Source of the DNA: Candidatus Dormibacteria bacterium
Lineage (GTDB): Bacteria > Chloroflexota > Dormibacteria > Aeolococcales > Bog-877
DNA: 64,000 bases
Direction of reading: 5' to 3'
Assembly (NCBI GenBank): GCA_046703825.1
Contig: JBJKSO010000115.1
Coordinates: 1,890-65,889, forward strand
Position 1 is the stretch's first letter, and the number at the start of each line of letters is the position of its first letter. The position numbers and the translations under genes were made by a program. The notes under the pieces were generated by a model, which searched no databases, was not told where the DNA came from, and was given only the letters and a program-made list of their open reading frames with translations. Shown piece after piece: positions 1-10,286 of the stretch.

Positions 1-1216
1 TAAGGACCTCCACCTGCGCGTCCGGATCGATCGCCCGGTGGAGCAGGTGGTCCACCTGCTCCGGGTCCACCCGGTGCAGCGCCTCGTCCGCGGAGAGGAT
101 CTTCTCGTCCACCATGTCGACGGCGATCTTCACGGCGGCGGCGGCGGTGCGCTTGGCACTGCGCGTCTGCAACATGAACAACCGGCCGCGCTCGATGGTG
201 AACTCCATGTCCTGGACGTCGCGGTAGTGGGCCTCCAGCCGCTCGGCGATGCGACTGAACTCGTCGTAGACGGCCGGCAGTGCGCGCTCCAACGAGTCGA
301 TCGGCTGCGGGGTGCGGATCCCCGCCACCACGTCCTCACCCTGGGCGTTCAGCAGGTACTCGCCGAAGATCTTCTTCTCCCCGGTGGATGGGTCCCGGGT
401 GAACGCCACGCCGGTGCCGGAGTCGTCCCCCATGTTGCCGAAGACCATGGCCTGGACGTTGACCGCCGTGCCCATGGTGTGGGGGATGTGGTTGTACTCG
501 CGGTAAGCAACCGCGCGGCGACCGTTCCAGGAGCCGAAGACCGCTGCAATCGCCTCGGTCAGCTGCTGCCAGGGGTCCTCGGGGAACGGCCTGCCGGTGG
601 CCTGCTCCACCAGCCGGCGGTAGTGCTGGGCCAATCCCTCCAGCTGGGTGGACGGGATCTCGGCGTCGGTGGCCGCTTTGGCCTTGCTGCGGACCCGCTC
701 CAACTCCTTGTCGAACGGTTCCGCGTCCAACCCGAGCACGATCCGGCCGAACATCTGGATGAAGCGGCGGTACGCGTCCAGCGCGAAGCGACGATCCCCG
801 GTGCGCTCGGCCAGGCCTTCCACCGTCTGGGCGTTCAGGCCGAGGTTCAGGACCGTGTCCATCATGCCGGGCATGGAGATGGCGGCGCCCGAGCGCACCG
901 ACACCAGCAGCGGGTCTGACGGATCGCCCAGGCGCTTGCCCGCAGTGCGCTCCAGCTTGGCCAGATGCTCCTTGACCTCGTCCAGCATCCCGGCGGGAAA
1001 CTTGCCTGCGGACTTCAAGTAGGCGAGGCAGGCCTCGGTGGTGATGGTGAATCCGGGCGGCACGGGCAGCCCGGCGCGCGTCATCTCGGCGACACCCGCA
1101 CCCTTGCCGCCGAGCAGGTCACGCATCTGGGCCGAGCCCTCGGTGAAGGCGTAGACCAGCTTGCGCTGGGGCTCACCAGCAACCTTGGGACGCGAGCGGA
1201 CTGCGGTCTGTGCCAT
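1..1216 (-). CDS. ppdK: pyruvate, phosphate dikinase, N-terminal part (gene continues beyond the window start)
   Basis: Minus-strand translation from the ATG at 1214-1216 reads MAQTAVRSRPK...KLVYAFTEGSAQMRDLLGGKGAGVAEMTRAGLPVPPGFTITTEAC..., a typical PPDK N-terminus. AGGAGG lies 7-8 nt upstream. The ORF runs off the window edge, so it is absent from the ORF track. Confidence 0.85.
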   Translation of the reverse strand, partial: MAQTAVRSRPKVAGEPQRKLVYAFTEGSAQMRDLLGGKGAGVAEMTRAGLPVPPGFTITTEACLAYLKSAGKFPAGMLDEVKEHLAKLERTAGKRLGDPSDPLLVSVRSGAAISMPGMMDTVLNLGLNAQTVEGLAERTGDRRFALDAYRRFIQMFGRIVLGLDAEPFDKELERVRSKAKAATDAEIPSTQLEGLAQHYRRLVEQATGRPFPEDPWQQLTEAIAAVFGSWNGRRAVAYREYNHIPHTMGTAVNVQAMVFGNMGDDSGTGVAFTRDPSTGEKKIFGEYLLNAQGEDVVAGIRTPQPIDSLERALPAVYDEFSRIAERLEAHYRDVQDMEFTIERGRLFMLQTRSAKRTAAAAVKIAVDMVDEKILSADEALHRVDPEQVDHLLHRAIDPDAQVEVL

Positions 1217-1431
1217 CGACTGCTACCTCCTTCGCCTAGGACAACCTTCAGGATCTCAGTAGCGAGGTCGCTCGAGCCGATCCGGGGCCAATGTTACGAT
1301 CGCTCGCATCCAATAAGAGCACTAGGCCGCCGCCGTCGGCCCAGGCGGCGACGGGCAGGCTGCCGCACGGGGGCGGCGGCGCCAGCGGAGCCCGCCAGAT
1401 GCATCAGATGGGAGGAGGCCGCGGAGCCAGG

Positions 1432-3249
1432 ATGATGTTCCGCAGCGCCGGCCCTCACGAAAAACCCGGCCCGATCCGGACCGGAACGGTCAGGCGCGTC
1501 CTGACCCTGTTCGTCCCCTACCGCGTCAAGGTGGGGGGCATCCTGCTGATCCTGGTCGTGGTTTCGCTGCTGGGGATCGTCAACCCCTACATGCTGAAGC
1601 TGATCATCGACCAGGGGATCCTGCACCACGATCTCCATCTCTTGCTGATCTTTTTTGGGATCATGGTGATCACCCCGGTGATCAGCACCGGGCTTGGCGT
1701 CTGGCAGACCTACCTGAACGCGGTCGTGGGCCAGCGCATGATGCAGGACCTCCGCGTCGCCCTGTACAGCCATCTGCAGCGACTGCCCCTGCGCTGGTTT
1801 ACCGCGACCCGCACCGGAGAGATCCAATCCCGGCTGGCCAACGACGTTGGCGGCGTCGACACCGTGATCACCAACACCGCCACCAGCATCGTCTCCAACA
1901 TCACCCGGACCATGGCCACCATCGCCGGCATGACCTTCCTCAGCTGGCAGCTCACCTTGATCTCGCTGGCCGTGCTGCCCTTGTTCATCCTGGTCACGGT
2001 CCGGGTGGGCGAGATCAGGCGGCGCGTCAGCGCCGACACCCAGGTTACCTTGGCCGATCTCTCAGCCTTGGCCGAGGAGACCCTGTCGGTTAGCGGAATC
2101 CTGCTAACCAAGGTCTACGGCCGAGAACGCGCCGCCCGCGGCCGCTACGTTGCCGAGACCGGCCGCCTCACCAACCTGATGATCCGCCAGCAGATGGTGG
2201 GCCGCTGGTTCTTCGGCTTCATCCAGACCTTCTTCGCGATCCTGCCAGCAGCGGTCTACCTGGTAGCGGGCATGTTTCTGCACGCTGGCCGTCCCGGCGG
2301 GGTGAGCGTGGGCACCCTGGTCTCCTTCACCACCTTCCAGTCCCAGCTGTTCTTCCCGATCGGCCAGCTGCTGAACATCCAGGTCGAGCTGCAGGGAGCA
2401 CTGGCTCTGTTCGATCGGATCTTCCAGTACCTCGATGTGCCGGTCGAGATCCAGGACCGGGAAGGGGCGATCCGGCTGCCGGCGGACACGGTCCGCGGCG
2501 AGATCGCCTTCGAGCATGTGACGTTCCGCTACGAGGCCGATCAGGTCCTACCCGCCGTCGACGACCTCACCTTCACCGCCAAACCCGGGCAGCTCGTCGC
2601 CCTGGTCGGACCCAGCGGCGCCGGCAAGAGCACCACCACCTATCTGGCGGCCCGCCTCTACGACGTCGACTCTGGGCGCGTCACCCTCGACGGCCACGAC
2701 CTAAGGGACCTGGCCCAGGACACCCTGCGCGAGTCGATGGCGGTGGTGACCCAGGAGACGTTTCTCTTTCACAGCACGGTCCGCGAGAACCTCCTGGTGG
2801 GTAAGCCGGACGCCACCCAGCCAGAGATGGAGGCGGCGGCGCGGGCGGCCGCGATTCACGAGCGGATCCTGGAGCTGGATCGGGGCTATGACACCGTGGT
2901 GGGCGAGCGCGGCTACCGGCTCAGCGGCGGTGAGAAGCAGCGAATCGCGCTGGCGCGGGCTGTGCTCAAGAACCCCAAGGTGCTGGTCCTGGACGAGGCC
3001 ACCAGCGCCCTGGACACGCACAGCGAGCGCTCGATCCAGACTGCCCTGGAGGAACTGATGCACGGCCGCACCACCATCGCCATCGCCCACCGCCTGTCGA
3101 CCATCCTGGCGGCGGACCTGATCCTGATGATGGACCACGGCCGCATCGTCGAGCAGGGTAACCACCAACAGCTGCTCTCCCAGGGCGGACCCTACGCCCG
3201 CCTCTACCTGGAGCAGTTCGCCAGCCAGCCGCTGGAGGCAGTCAGCTAG
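1432..3249 (+). CDS. ABC transporter, fused permease/ATP-binding subunit (MsbA-like exporter)
   Basis: Six-TM region followed by Walker A GPSGAGKST, signature LSGGEKQRIALARA and Walker B VLVLDEATSALD. ORF track starts at 1291, but the conserved N-terminus begins near MMFRS (ATG 1432); start uncertain. Confidence 0.85.
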   Translation: MMFRSAGPHEKPGPIRTGTVRRVLTLFVPYRVKVGGILLILVVVSLLGIVNPYMLKLIIDQGILHHDLHLLLIFFGIMVITPVISTGLGVWQTYLNAVVGQRMMQDLRVALYSHLQRLPLRWFTATRTGEIQSRLANDVGGVDTVITNTATSIVSNITRTMATIAGMTFLSWQLTLISLAVLPLFILVTVRVGEIRRRVSADTQVTLADLSALAEETLSVSGILLTKVYGRERAARGRYVAETGRLTNLMIRQQMVGRWFFGFIQTFFAILPAAVYLVAGMFLHAGRPGGVSVGTLVSFTTFQSQLFFPIGQLLNIQVELQGALALFDRIFQYLDVPVEIQDREGAIRLPADTVRGEIAFEHVTFRYEADQVLPAVDDLTFTAKPGQLVALVGPSGAGKSTTTYLAARLYDVDSGRVTLDGHDLRDLAQDTLRESMAVVTQETFLFHSTVRENLLVGKPDATQPEMEAAARAAAIHERILELDRGYDTVVGERGYRLSGGEKQRIALARAVLKNPKVLVLDEATSALDTHSERSIQTALEELMHGRTTIAIAHRLSTILAADLILMMDHGRIVEQGNHQQLLSQGGPYARLYLEQFASQPLEAVS

Positions 3250-3332
3250 GCGGTAATCCCGCCTGGCCCCTGCCCGGCGGGAGGCGGTGCGGCGCCGGCA
3301 GCGGCGCGCCGGCTAGCTAGAATTTCTGCGCC

Positions 3333-3923
3333 TTGGCTGTGGTCGTTCTCTTCCACTCGGTCCTGGGTCTGAGACCCGGCGTCCTGCAGGGTGCGGAACG
3401 CCTGCGCGCCGCCGGGCACGAGGTGCACACCCCCGACCGCTACCAGGGACAAGCTCCCTTTGATTCGTACGAGGACGCCGTCGCCTTCGAGAGAGCGATC
3501 GGCCTCCCTGAACTCATCGCACGCTCGGAGCGATCCGTGTCCGATCTGCCCGAGCGGGCGGTGTATGGCGGGTGGTCTGCCGGGGGCGCCTTGGCGGAGC
3601 ACTTCGCACTGACGCGGAGCGGCGCCGCTGGCTTGGTGCTGATCGCAGCGGCCGCCCGGCTGAGCTGGTTCAACGCCGCCGCGTGGCCCGCTGCAGTCCC
3701 GGTCCAGGTGCATTACGCGACCGAAGACCCGTTCCGCGAGGAGGAGGAGCTCCGGGGCTTCCTGGGAAGCGTCCGCGAGGCAAACGCACGGCTCGACTTC
3801 CGCGAGTACGCGCTCAGTGGCCACCTCTTCGACGATCCCTCCCTGCCGGCCGAGTACAGCGCACCCGCCGCCGAGCTGATGTGGCGGAGGATCCTGGAGT
3901 TTCTGCAAGGGCTGGAGCCCTAG
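3333..3923 (+). CDS. dienelactone hydrolase family (alpha/beta hydrolase) protein
   Basis: 196 aa; nucleophile-elbow-like GWSAGG; overall DLH-like layout. Confidence 0.6.
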   Translation: MAVVVLFHSVLGLRPGVLQGAERLRAAGHEVHTPDRYQGQAPFDSYEDAVAFERAIGLPELIARSERSVSDLPERAVYGGWSAGGALAEHFALTRSGAAGLVLIAAAARLSWFNAAAWPAAVPVQVHYATEDPFREEEELRGFLGSVREANARLDFREYALSGHLFDDPSLPAEYSAPAAELMWRRILEFLQGLEP

Positions 3924-3939
3924 GCGCCGGCCGGCCGCG

Positions 3940-5253
3940 TCAGGGGCTCAGTCGTTCCCTGCAGGCCGCCTCGAGGTGGTCCAGCCCGACTCTGATCTGC
4001 GCCGTGGTGTCGCGGTCGCGGATCGTCACCGCGTGGTCCTCCAGGCTCTGGTAGTCGACCGTGACCGCCACCGGAGTGCCAATCTCATCCTGCCGCCGGT
4101 AGCGGCGCCCGATCGACTGGGTCTCGTCGTACTCGGTGGCAAAGTGGGCCCTCAGATCTGTCTCGACCCGGTGCGCCAGTTCGACCAGGTCGGGCTTCTT
4201 GAACAGCGGCAGCACGGCCACCTGGAAAGGGGCAACCCTTGGACTGAGCCGCAGAACCACGCGCTGCTCCCCACCCACCTCGTCCTCGTCGTAGGCGTCG
4301 AGAAGCACGGCCAGGAAGGTCCGGTCCACCCCCGCCGATGGCTCCACCACGTAAGGCAGGAAACGCTCCCCGCTGACTGGGTCGGTGTATTGCAGGTCGC
4401 GGCCGCTGACCTCCTGATGCCGACGCAGGTCATAGTCGCCGCGGCGGGCTATCCCCTCCAGTTCACCCCAGCCCCAGGGGTAGCGGTACTCGATGTCAGT
4501 CGAGGCCAGCGCGTAGTGGGCCTTCTCGTCCTCCCCGTGCGGGCGCAGGCGCAGGTTCTCCGAGCGGATACCCAGCGAGCGGTGCCAGTCGACTCTCCGA
4601 TCGCACCAGTACTCGAACCAGCGGACATCGTCGCCGGGGGAGCAGAACCACTCGAGCTCCATCATCTCCAGCTCGCGCAGGCGGAAGATGAAGTTGCCGG
4701 TGGAGATCTCGTTGCGGAAACTGCGCCCGATCTGCGCGATGCCGAAGGGCACCCGCCGGCGCGAGCTGGTCAAAACGTTCTTGAAGTTGACGAAGATCCC
4801 CTGCGCTGTCTCCGGGCGCAGGTAGACCACCGAACCCTCGTCCTCCACAGGGCCCATGAAAGTCTTGAACATGAGGTTGAACTGGCGGGCGGCGCTGAGA
4901 GCGCCGCCACAGTTGGGGCAGCGATCACCGTGCAGCTGGTCGGCCCGCCATCGCTGGTGGCAGGGCCCAAGGCAGTCCACCAACGGGTCACTGAAGTTCT
5001 GCAGGTGCCCCGAGGCCTGCCAGACCATGGGATTCATCAGGATGGCCGCCTCCACCCCCTCGACGTCGTCGCGGAGCTCCACCGTCTCTCGCCACCAGAG
5101 ATCCCGGATGCGTCGGCGCAGCCGGACCCCCAGCGGACCGAAGTCGAAGACGGCGTTGATGCCCCCGTAAATCTCGCTGCTCGGGTAGACGTAGCCCCGA
5201 CGCTTGCACAGGGAGACGAGCGTCTCCATGAGGTTGTTCTTGGGAACCGGCAC
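3940..5253 (-). CDS. glyQS: glycine--tRNA ligase (class II, dimeric GlyQS type)
   Basis: N-terminus LVSLCKRRGYVYPSSEIYGG and further GlyRS motifs. GTG start at 5253 with GGAGG 9 nt upstream. Confidence 0.9.
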   Translation of the reverse strand: MPVPKNNLMETLVSLCKRRGYVYPSSEIYGGINAVFDFGPLGVRLRRRIRDLWWRETVELRDDVEGVEAAILMNPMVWQASGHLQNFSDPLVDCLGPCHQRWRADQLHGDRCPNCGGALSAARQFNLMFKTFMGPVEDEGSVVYLRPETAQGIFVNFKNVLTSSRRRVPFGIAQIGRSFRNEISTGNFIFRLRELEMMELEWFCSPGDDVRWFEYWCDRRVDWHRSLGIRSENLRLRPHGEDEKAHYALASTDIEYRYPWGWGELEGIARRGDYDLRRHQEVSGRDLQYTDPVSGERFLPYVVEPSAGVDRTFLAVLLDAYDEDEVGGEQRVVLRLSPRVAPFQVAVLPLFKKPDLVELAHRVETDLRAHFATEYDETQSIGRRYRRQDEIGTPVAVTVDYQSLEDHAVTIRDRDTTAQIRVGLDHLEAACRERLSP

Positions 5254-5312
5254 CTACACCTCCAGCGGTCCCGCCAGGGTTCGCCGGGGACCTCGGTTCA
5301 CTTCAGGTCGGC

Positions 5313-6002
5313 TCATTGTATTGGTGCCGCCAGCCCACCAGCATCGAGCCCCCGCTCGCCCTCGGCGGTGATCAGGCGCGCTCCACCGGCCCCCCTCACG
5401 GTCCAGCTGGTGCCGTCCCAGCAAACGCCGGTCCTTTCGTCGACGGCGAGCACGGGCAGGCCGAGGCCGGAAAGCCGGCCCCGCCAGCTGCCGCCCCAGG
5501 TATCCCAGTGCGGTGCCAGCGCCACGCCCGCCACCAGGCCCAACCCCGGCCGGGTTCGGAATCCGTCCCCGGGCAGAAGACAGTGTTCGACCAGCGCCAT
5601 CGCCCCGGCGCTCGACCCGGCCAGGGGCACTCCCCGCCGGAAAAGCGTCCCCAGGCATTCCGCCGCGGGCGAGCCCAACAGCACCTCCAGCAGCCACCCC
5701 GGGTCGCCTCCAGCCAGGTAGACGGCGCCGGCGCCTTCAAGCTGAGCTAGCAGCGCCGGGCGGGCGGCGTCGGCCGGTCGAAGCAGCCAACAGGGCTCCA
5801 GCTCGGCCCCAATGGTCGCGAAGTAGCTGCGCGCCAGATTGACCGCCGCCTCGGGATGGTCCCGATTGGCGGTGGGCAGCAGCGTCACCCGAGGCGAGCG
5901 GGCGCGGGCCAGCCACCAGGAGTCAGCTGCCTCTCCGCCGGGGAGAAACTCGCTCCCCCCGACCAGCATCAGAGTCGTCTGCAGCTCAGCTGGAGCGGAC
6001 AT
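5313..6002 (-). CDS. peptidase S51 / cyanophycinase-like (class I glutamine amidotransferase-like) protein
   Basis: LMLVGGSEF... with AGSSAGAMAL serine-nucleophile motif. Confidence 0.55.
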   Translation of the reverse strand: MSAPAELQTTLMLVGGSEFLPGGEAADSWWLARARSPRVTLLPTANRDHPEAAVNLARSYFATIGAELEPCWLLRPADAARPALLAQLEGAGAVYLAGGDPGWLLEVLLGSPAAECLGTLFRRGVPLAGSSAGAMALVEHCLLPGDGFRTRPGLGLVAGVALAPHWDTWGGSWRGRLSGLGLPVLAVDERTGVCWDGTSWTVRGAGGARLITAEGERGLDAGGLAAPIQ

Positions 6003-6030
6003 GCACGGACCAAGCCCTTAGCATCGAGCG

Positions 6031-8193
6031 GTGAGGCTCTACGACACCCTGGCGCGCCAGGTGCGCGAGTTGGTGCCACAGACGCCGGGGCGCCTGGGCA
6101 TGTACAGCTGCGGACCAACCGTCTACCGCTCGGTGCACATTGGCAATTTACGCACCTATCTGCTGGCGGACTGGATAAAGCGCACCGCCCAGGCCGAGGG
6201 CCTCGAGGTCCGCCACGTGAAGAACATCACCGATGTTGGCCACATGCGCCAGGAAGCGGCCGAGCGCGGCGGCGACAAGGTGATCGCTGCGGCGCTGGCG
6301 GCGGGCAAGTCTCCGGCGGAGATCGCCCGCCAGTTTGAGAGTGAGTTCCATGAGGCGGAACAGCTTCTGGGTATCATCCCCGCCGACGTATTCCCCCGCG
6401 CGACGGACCACATCTCACCGATGCTGGAGCTGGTTGAGCGGCTGCTCAAGCGGGATGCCGCCTACGTAGTCGACGGGACGGTCTACTTCGACACCGGAGC
6501 GCATCCCGGCTACGGCCGGCTCTCCGGCAACTCGCTGGACGAGCTGTCCGGGGCAGCGGCCGCCGAGACCGACCCGGGCAAGCGCCGCCCCAGCGACTTC
6601 ACGCTCTGGCGCAGCGCGGAGGCCGGAAGGCAGCTGATGGTCTGGGACAGCCCCTTCGGCCGTGGCTTCCCGGGTTGGCACATCGAGTGCTCGGCCATGT
6701 CCATGGCTTACTTGGGCGAGGAGTTCGACCTGCACACCGGAGGTGTTGACAACATCTTCCCCCACCACGAGGACGAGCTGGCCCAGAGCCAAGCCGCCAC
6801 CGGTCGGGCTTTCGCCCGCCACTGGGTCCACGGCCAGCACCTGCTGGCGGATGGGGTCAAGATGGCCAAATCTCAAGGCAACGTCTACACGCTCGATGAC
6901 CTGGTCCGGCGGGGGTTCGACCCGCTGGCCTTCCGGCTGCTCTGCGCCACCGTGGGGTACCGGGCGCGGCTCAACTTCACCCTGGCCTCGCTTGCCGGTG
7001 CCGAGCGTGCCCTGCAGCGGCTGCGGCGCCGCGCCTGCGACGACGGAGGCAGCCTGGACGAGGCCGCCGTCCAAGGGCTGCGGGACAGCTGTCAGGAGCG
7101 CCTCAGCGACAACCTCGACCTTCCCGGTGCGCTGGCGCGGATCTGGCGGTTCGCCAACGACCGCGGCCGAAGCGGCCGCACACGCCGGGCGGCGCTCCTG
7201 AGCGTAGACGTCCTGCTGGGCCTGGGACTGGATCGCCCGCCGACCAGGGAGCCGCGGGACGGCGCCTGGACGGCCGCCGCGCGCCAGCGGGAGGAGGCGC
7301 GGCGAGCTGGCAAATACTCCAGTGCCGACGCTTGCCGCCCTGAGCTGCTCCACTTGGGGGTGGTGCCAGAGGATTCAAAGGAGGAGACCCACTACCGCAA
7401 GGCGACCGCCCTCGACCATAGGCGCGGGCTGATCTCGTCGCCATTGGAGGTTTTGGATCAGCGCTTCCAGCCAGACTTGTGCGAAGTCTCGGTGTCGCTG
7501 GTGGTTTCCGGTTACCCAGCCGATGTCGACCGTTGCCTGCGCGCCCTGGAGGCACACCGTGGCCACCACCGGGTGGAGGTCCTGGCGGTGGATAACGACG
7601 CCGACCCCCAGACCAGCGACGTGCTCCGGTTTTGGGCGGAACGGGTCCCTTCGGTCCGGGTGTTTCGAGCCGACCACCGCCTGGGGGAGGCTGCCGCCCG
7701 CAACGTGACGCTGAGAGCCGCCCGGGGAACGGTCCTCTTGCTCTTGGACACGGGGGTAGAAGCCTCTGGCCCCTGGGTGCAGCCCCTACTCCAAGCGCTC
7801 CGCGACCCGCTGACGGGAGCCGCGGGCCGCTGGGGGGCGCGCACCACGGACCTGCGCGAGTTCTTCGACTCTGACGCTCTCGAGGTCGACGCCATCGACG
7901 GCTACTGCCTGGGCCTTCGCCGCGAGCGGCTGCGCCAGCTCGGCTTTCTCGACGAGCGGTTTCGCTTCTACCGCCTGCTCGACTTCGACCTCAGCATGAG
8001 CCTGCGAGCGGCCGGGCTCATTAACCGGCGATACCCCGAGCTGCCCTTCGTAATGCACGAGCACCGCGGCTGGGAGGAATCCGAGCCCGAGGAGAGGGAG
8101 CGGCTGAGTCGCTTGAACTTCCGCCGCTTCTACGATCGCTGGCACCACCGCCAAGACCTGCTCCTGGCCAAAGGGGCCGCCGACCGCAGCTGA
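6031..8193 (+). CDS. cysS: cysteine--tRNA ligase with C-terminal family-2 glycosyltransferase-like domain (fusion)
   Basis: HIGN (HIGH) and KMAKS (KMSKS) motifs; full CysRS including anticodon-binding region to about aa 460. An extra ~260 aa follows with GT-A/GT2 hallmarks (VSLVVSGYP...VLAVDNDAD..., ...GFLDERFRFYRLLDFDLSMSLRAAG). Single uninterrupted frame. Confidence 0.8.
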   Translation: MRLYDTLARQVRELVPQTPGRLGMYSCGPTVYRSVHIGNLRTYLLADWIKRTAQAEGLEVRHVKNITDVGHMRQEAAERGGDKVIAAALAAGKSPAEIARQFESEFHEAEQLLGIIPADVFPRATDHISPMLELVERLLKRDAAYVVDGTVYFDTGAHPGYGRLSGNSLDELSGAAAAETDPGKRRPSDFTLWRSAEAGRQLMVWDSPFGRGFPGWHIECSAMSMAYLGEEFDLHTGGVDNIFPHHEDELAQSQAATGRAFARHWVHGQHLLADGVKMAKSQGNVYTLDDLVRRGFDPLAFRLLCATVGYRARLNFTLASLAGAERALQRLRRRACDDGGSLDEAAVQGLRDSCQERLSDNLDLPGALARIWRFANDRGRSGRTRRAALLSVDVLLGLGLDRPPTREPRDGAWTAAARQREEARRAGKYSSADACRPELLHLGVVPEDSKEETHYRKATALDHRRGLISSPLEVLDQRFQPDLCEVSVSLVVSGYPADVDRCLRALEAHRGHHRVEVLAVDNDADPQTSDVLRFWAERVPSVRVFRADHRLGEAAARNVTLRAARGTVLLLLDTGVEASGPWVQPLLQALRDPLTGAAGRWGARTTDLREFFDSDALEVDAIDGYCLGLRRERLRQLGFLDERFRFYRLLDFDLSMSLRAAGLINRRYPELPFVMHEHRGWEESEPEERERLSRLNFRRFYDRWHHRQDLLLAKGAADRS

Positions 8194-8200
8194 GGGCGGT

Positions 8201-8953
8201 TCAGGCCGGCGAGTGCAGCTGGTGCAAGATGCGGGCGGCACGGAGCCGGCGGTCCAGATGGTGCTCGAGGTGGGCTAACAGGATCGACTCCAATTCGTCC
8301 CGCAGCGTGGCAGTCCAGCGCAGCCGCCGCAGCGTCCCTTCATCCCCCACGTCCATGCGCCGCAGCACTCTCAGCGCCGCCGCCGAGCAGGGCAGACCGT
8401 TGGGGGGGCGGCACGCTTCGCCCTGAACCACCCCACCCAGGGCGGTATCGAACCAGCTGTCCCGGTCCCGCAGTCCGCCGCCGCAGCCGGCGCAGTGGTT
8501 TACCTCCGGTCGGTAGCCGCCTACCGCCGCCAGGCGGAAGGCGGCCAGACAAAGCTCCGCCCGACAGTCCGAGCCGGCTACCGCCATCCGGTCTCTGGCC
8601 TCCGCCACCAGGAAGTAGAGCTCGGGGTCGGGGTGAAACTCCTCCAGAGTGGCATCGACCAGCTCCGCCAGCACTGCCCCGCAGGCGGTGCGGAGCGCGT
8701 CGTCAACCGGCCAGGGTGGGCCCAAGGGCCGGGCCTGGCCCAGGTGCCCGAGGCCGCGGCCGGGTGTCAGCTGCAGCTCGGTGCGGGTCAGCAGGTCCAG
8801 GCCGGCCGCGGCGCGGGATTTGGCTCTTCGCGCTCCCCGGGCGAGCACGCTGAGTTTGCCGTGATCACGGGTGAAGACGACCAGAATCCGGTCGGCGTCG
8901 TTGAACGCCCGCCGCCGGAGCACCAGCCCCTCGTCGACGAAGCTGGCCGGCAA
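8201..8953 (-). CDS. recO: DNA repair protein RecO
   Basis: N-terminal OB fold EGLVLRRRAFNDADRILVVFT; Cys cluster CAGCGGG; 250 aa. Confidence 0.8.
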   Translation of the reverse strand: MPASFVDEGLVLRRRAFNDADRILVVFTRDHGKLSVLARGARRAKSRAAAGLDLLTRTELQLTPGRGLGHLGQARPLGPPWPVDDALRTACGAVLAELVDATLEEFHPDPELYFLVAEARDRMAVAGSDCRAELCLAAFRLAAVGGYRPEVNHCAGCGGGLRDRDSWFDTALGGVVQGEACRPPNGLPCSAAALRVLRRMDVGDEGTLRRLRWTATLRDELESILLAHLEHHLDRRLRAARILHQLHSPA

Positions 8954-8957
8954 TGAC

Positions 8958-10286
8958 CTAGGGCTCGCGCGGCGGCTGGCTGGCGCTCTCGGTGGCCAGG
9001 CTGGGCTCGGGGTCGGAAACCTCCTCGGTCTCGAAGGGGCGGTCGCGCAGCATGCGGAGAGTCCGGATGGCGTTGCGGTCGACGGACTGGACGGTGATGG
9101 ACACCCCGTCGGCGAGGTCGACTCGGTCCCCCGCTACCGGGATTCGGCCCAGTTGAGCGTACACGAGCCCGCCCACCGAGTCGAAGTCCTCGCCCTCGAG
9201 ATTGAGATGGAGAAGGTCGTTGACGTCATCCAAACTCACCGACCCGCTGAGCATCGCTTCATTGGGCGCCACCAGCTGGATTTCCTCCTGCTCGGCCACG
9301 TCGTACTCGTCGCGGATGGGCCCGACGATCTCTTCCAAAACATCCTCGATCGTGGCCAACCCCGCCGTCCCACCGTACTCGTCAACGACGATCGCCAGGT
9401 GGGTCTTGGCCAGCTGCATCTCGGCCAACAGCTCACCGAGACGCTTGGCCTCGGGAACAAAGAACGGCGGGCGCGAGATGTCACTCACGGTGGCCGGGGC
9501 CGGCCCCCGGCCACCCCGGGCTCGCAAGAGATCCTTGGCGTACACCACCCCGGTGATGTTGTCCACGGTCTCCTGGTAGACAGGTATGCGGCTGTGCCCG
9601 TGCTCCAAGACCTCGCTGACCGCCTCGTCGATGGTGGCTGCGTTCGGCAGCGCCGCCATCTGCACCCTGGGGACCATCACCTCGCGCACCGGCTTGTCGG
9701 TCATCTCCAACACGCCGTGGATCATGTCCCGCTCCTCCTCCTCCACCACCCCCTCGCGCTCACTGGCGACCACCAGCTCCTTGAGCTCGCCCTCGGTCAG
9801 GAACGGACCCCGCACCGCGCGCCCCGGGAGAACCCCGGAGAGCACTGACGTCACCGCGGTCAGCACCCGGACCAGCGGCCCGAGCAGCATGCTGGCCACC
9901 GCGACCGGGCGCGCCATGAACCGTGCCACCGGCAGGGTGTGCTGCAAGGCGTACGACTTGGGACCGATCTCGCAAAGCAGCAGCACCAGCCCTGCCAGGG
10001 CAACCGCCGACCACAGACCAGCGCCAGCCCCGAACTCTTGGGCTGCCAGGAGGGTGGCCGCGGAAGACGCCACGATCAGAGCCAGGGTGTTTACCGCCAG
10101 GATCGTGCCCAAGTAGGACGAGGGCCGGCTGTGCAAGTGCTCGATCAGGGCCGCCTTCTGGTCGCCCTCCAGGCGACGGGCGCGCAGCTTGATCCGGCTG
10201 ACCGAGGTCAGCGAGGTCTCGGCGATGGCGGATAAGGCGGCCAGGAGCAGCGAGGCCACCAGCAGGACTAGAAGCCAGGCGATCAC
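8958..10286 (-). CDS. hemolysin-family / CNNM (DUF21-CBS-CorC_HlyC) divalent cation transport protein
   Basis: N-terminal 4-TM DUF21, tandem CBS domains, C-terminal CorC_HlyC. Confidence 0.85.
   Translation of the reverse strand: MIAWLLVLLVASLLLAALSAIAETSLTSVSRIKLRARRLEGDQKAALIEHLHSRPSSYLGTILAVNTLALIVASSAATLLAAQEFGAGAGLWSAVALAGLVLLLCEIGPKSYALQHTLPVARFMARPVAVASMLLGPLVRVLTAVTSVLSGVLPGRAVRGPFLTEGELKELVVASEREGVVEEEERDMIHGVLEMTDKPVREVMVPRVQMAALPNAATIDEAVSEVLEHGHSRIPVYQETVDNITGVVYAKDLLRARGGRGPAPATVSDISRPPFFVPEAKRLGELLAEMQLAKTHLAIVVDEYGGTAGLATIEDVLEEIVGPIRDEYDVAEQEEIQLVAPNEAMLSGSVSLDDVNDLLHLNLEGEDFDSVGGLVYAQLGRIPVAGDRVDLADGVSITVQSVDRNAIRTLRMLRDRPFETEEVSDPEPSLATESASQPPREP

Noticed and set aside
38-919. 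Long plus-strand ORF (293 aa) at the window start
   Set aside because: It is antisense to the ppdK coding frame. It is low-complexity R/G/A/V-rich, as expected of spurious ORFs in about 70% GC DNA.
3976-5721. 581-aa plus-strand ORF
   Set aside because: It is antisense to glyQS and the peptidase gene, with P/R/A-rich nonsense composition and no motifs.
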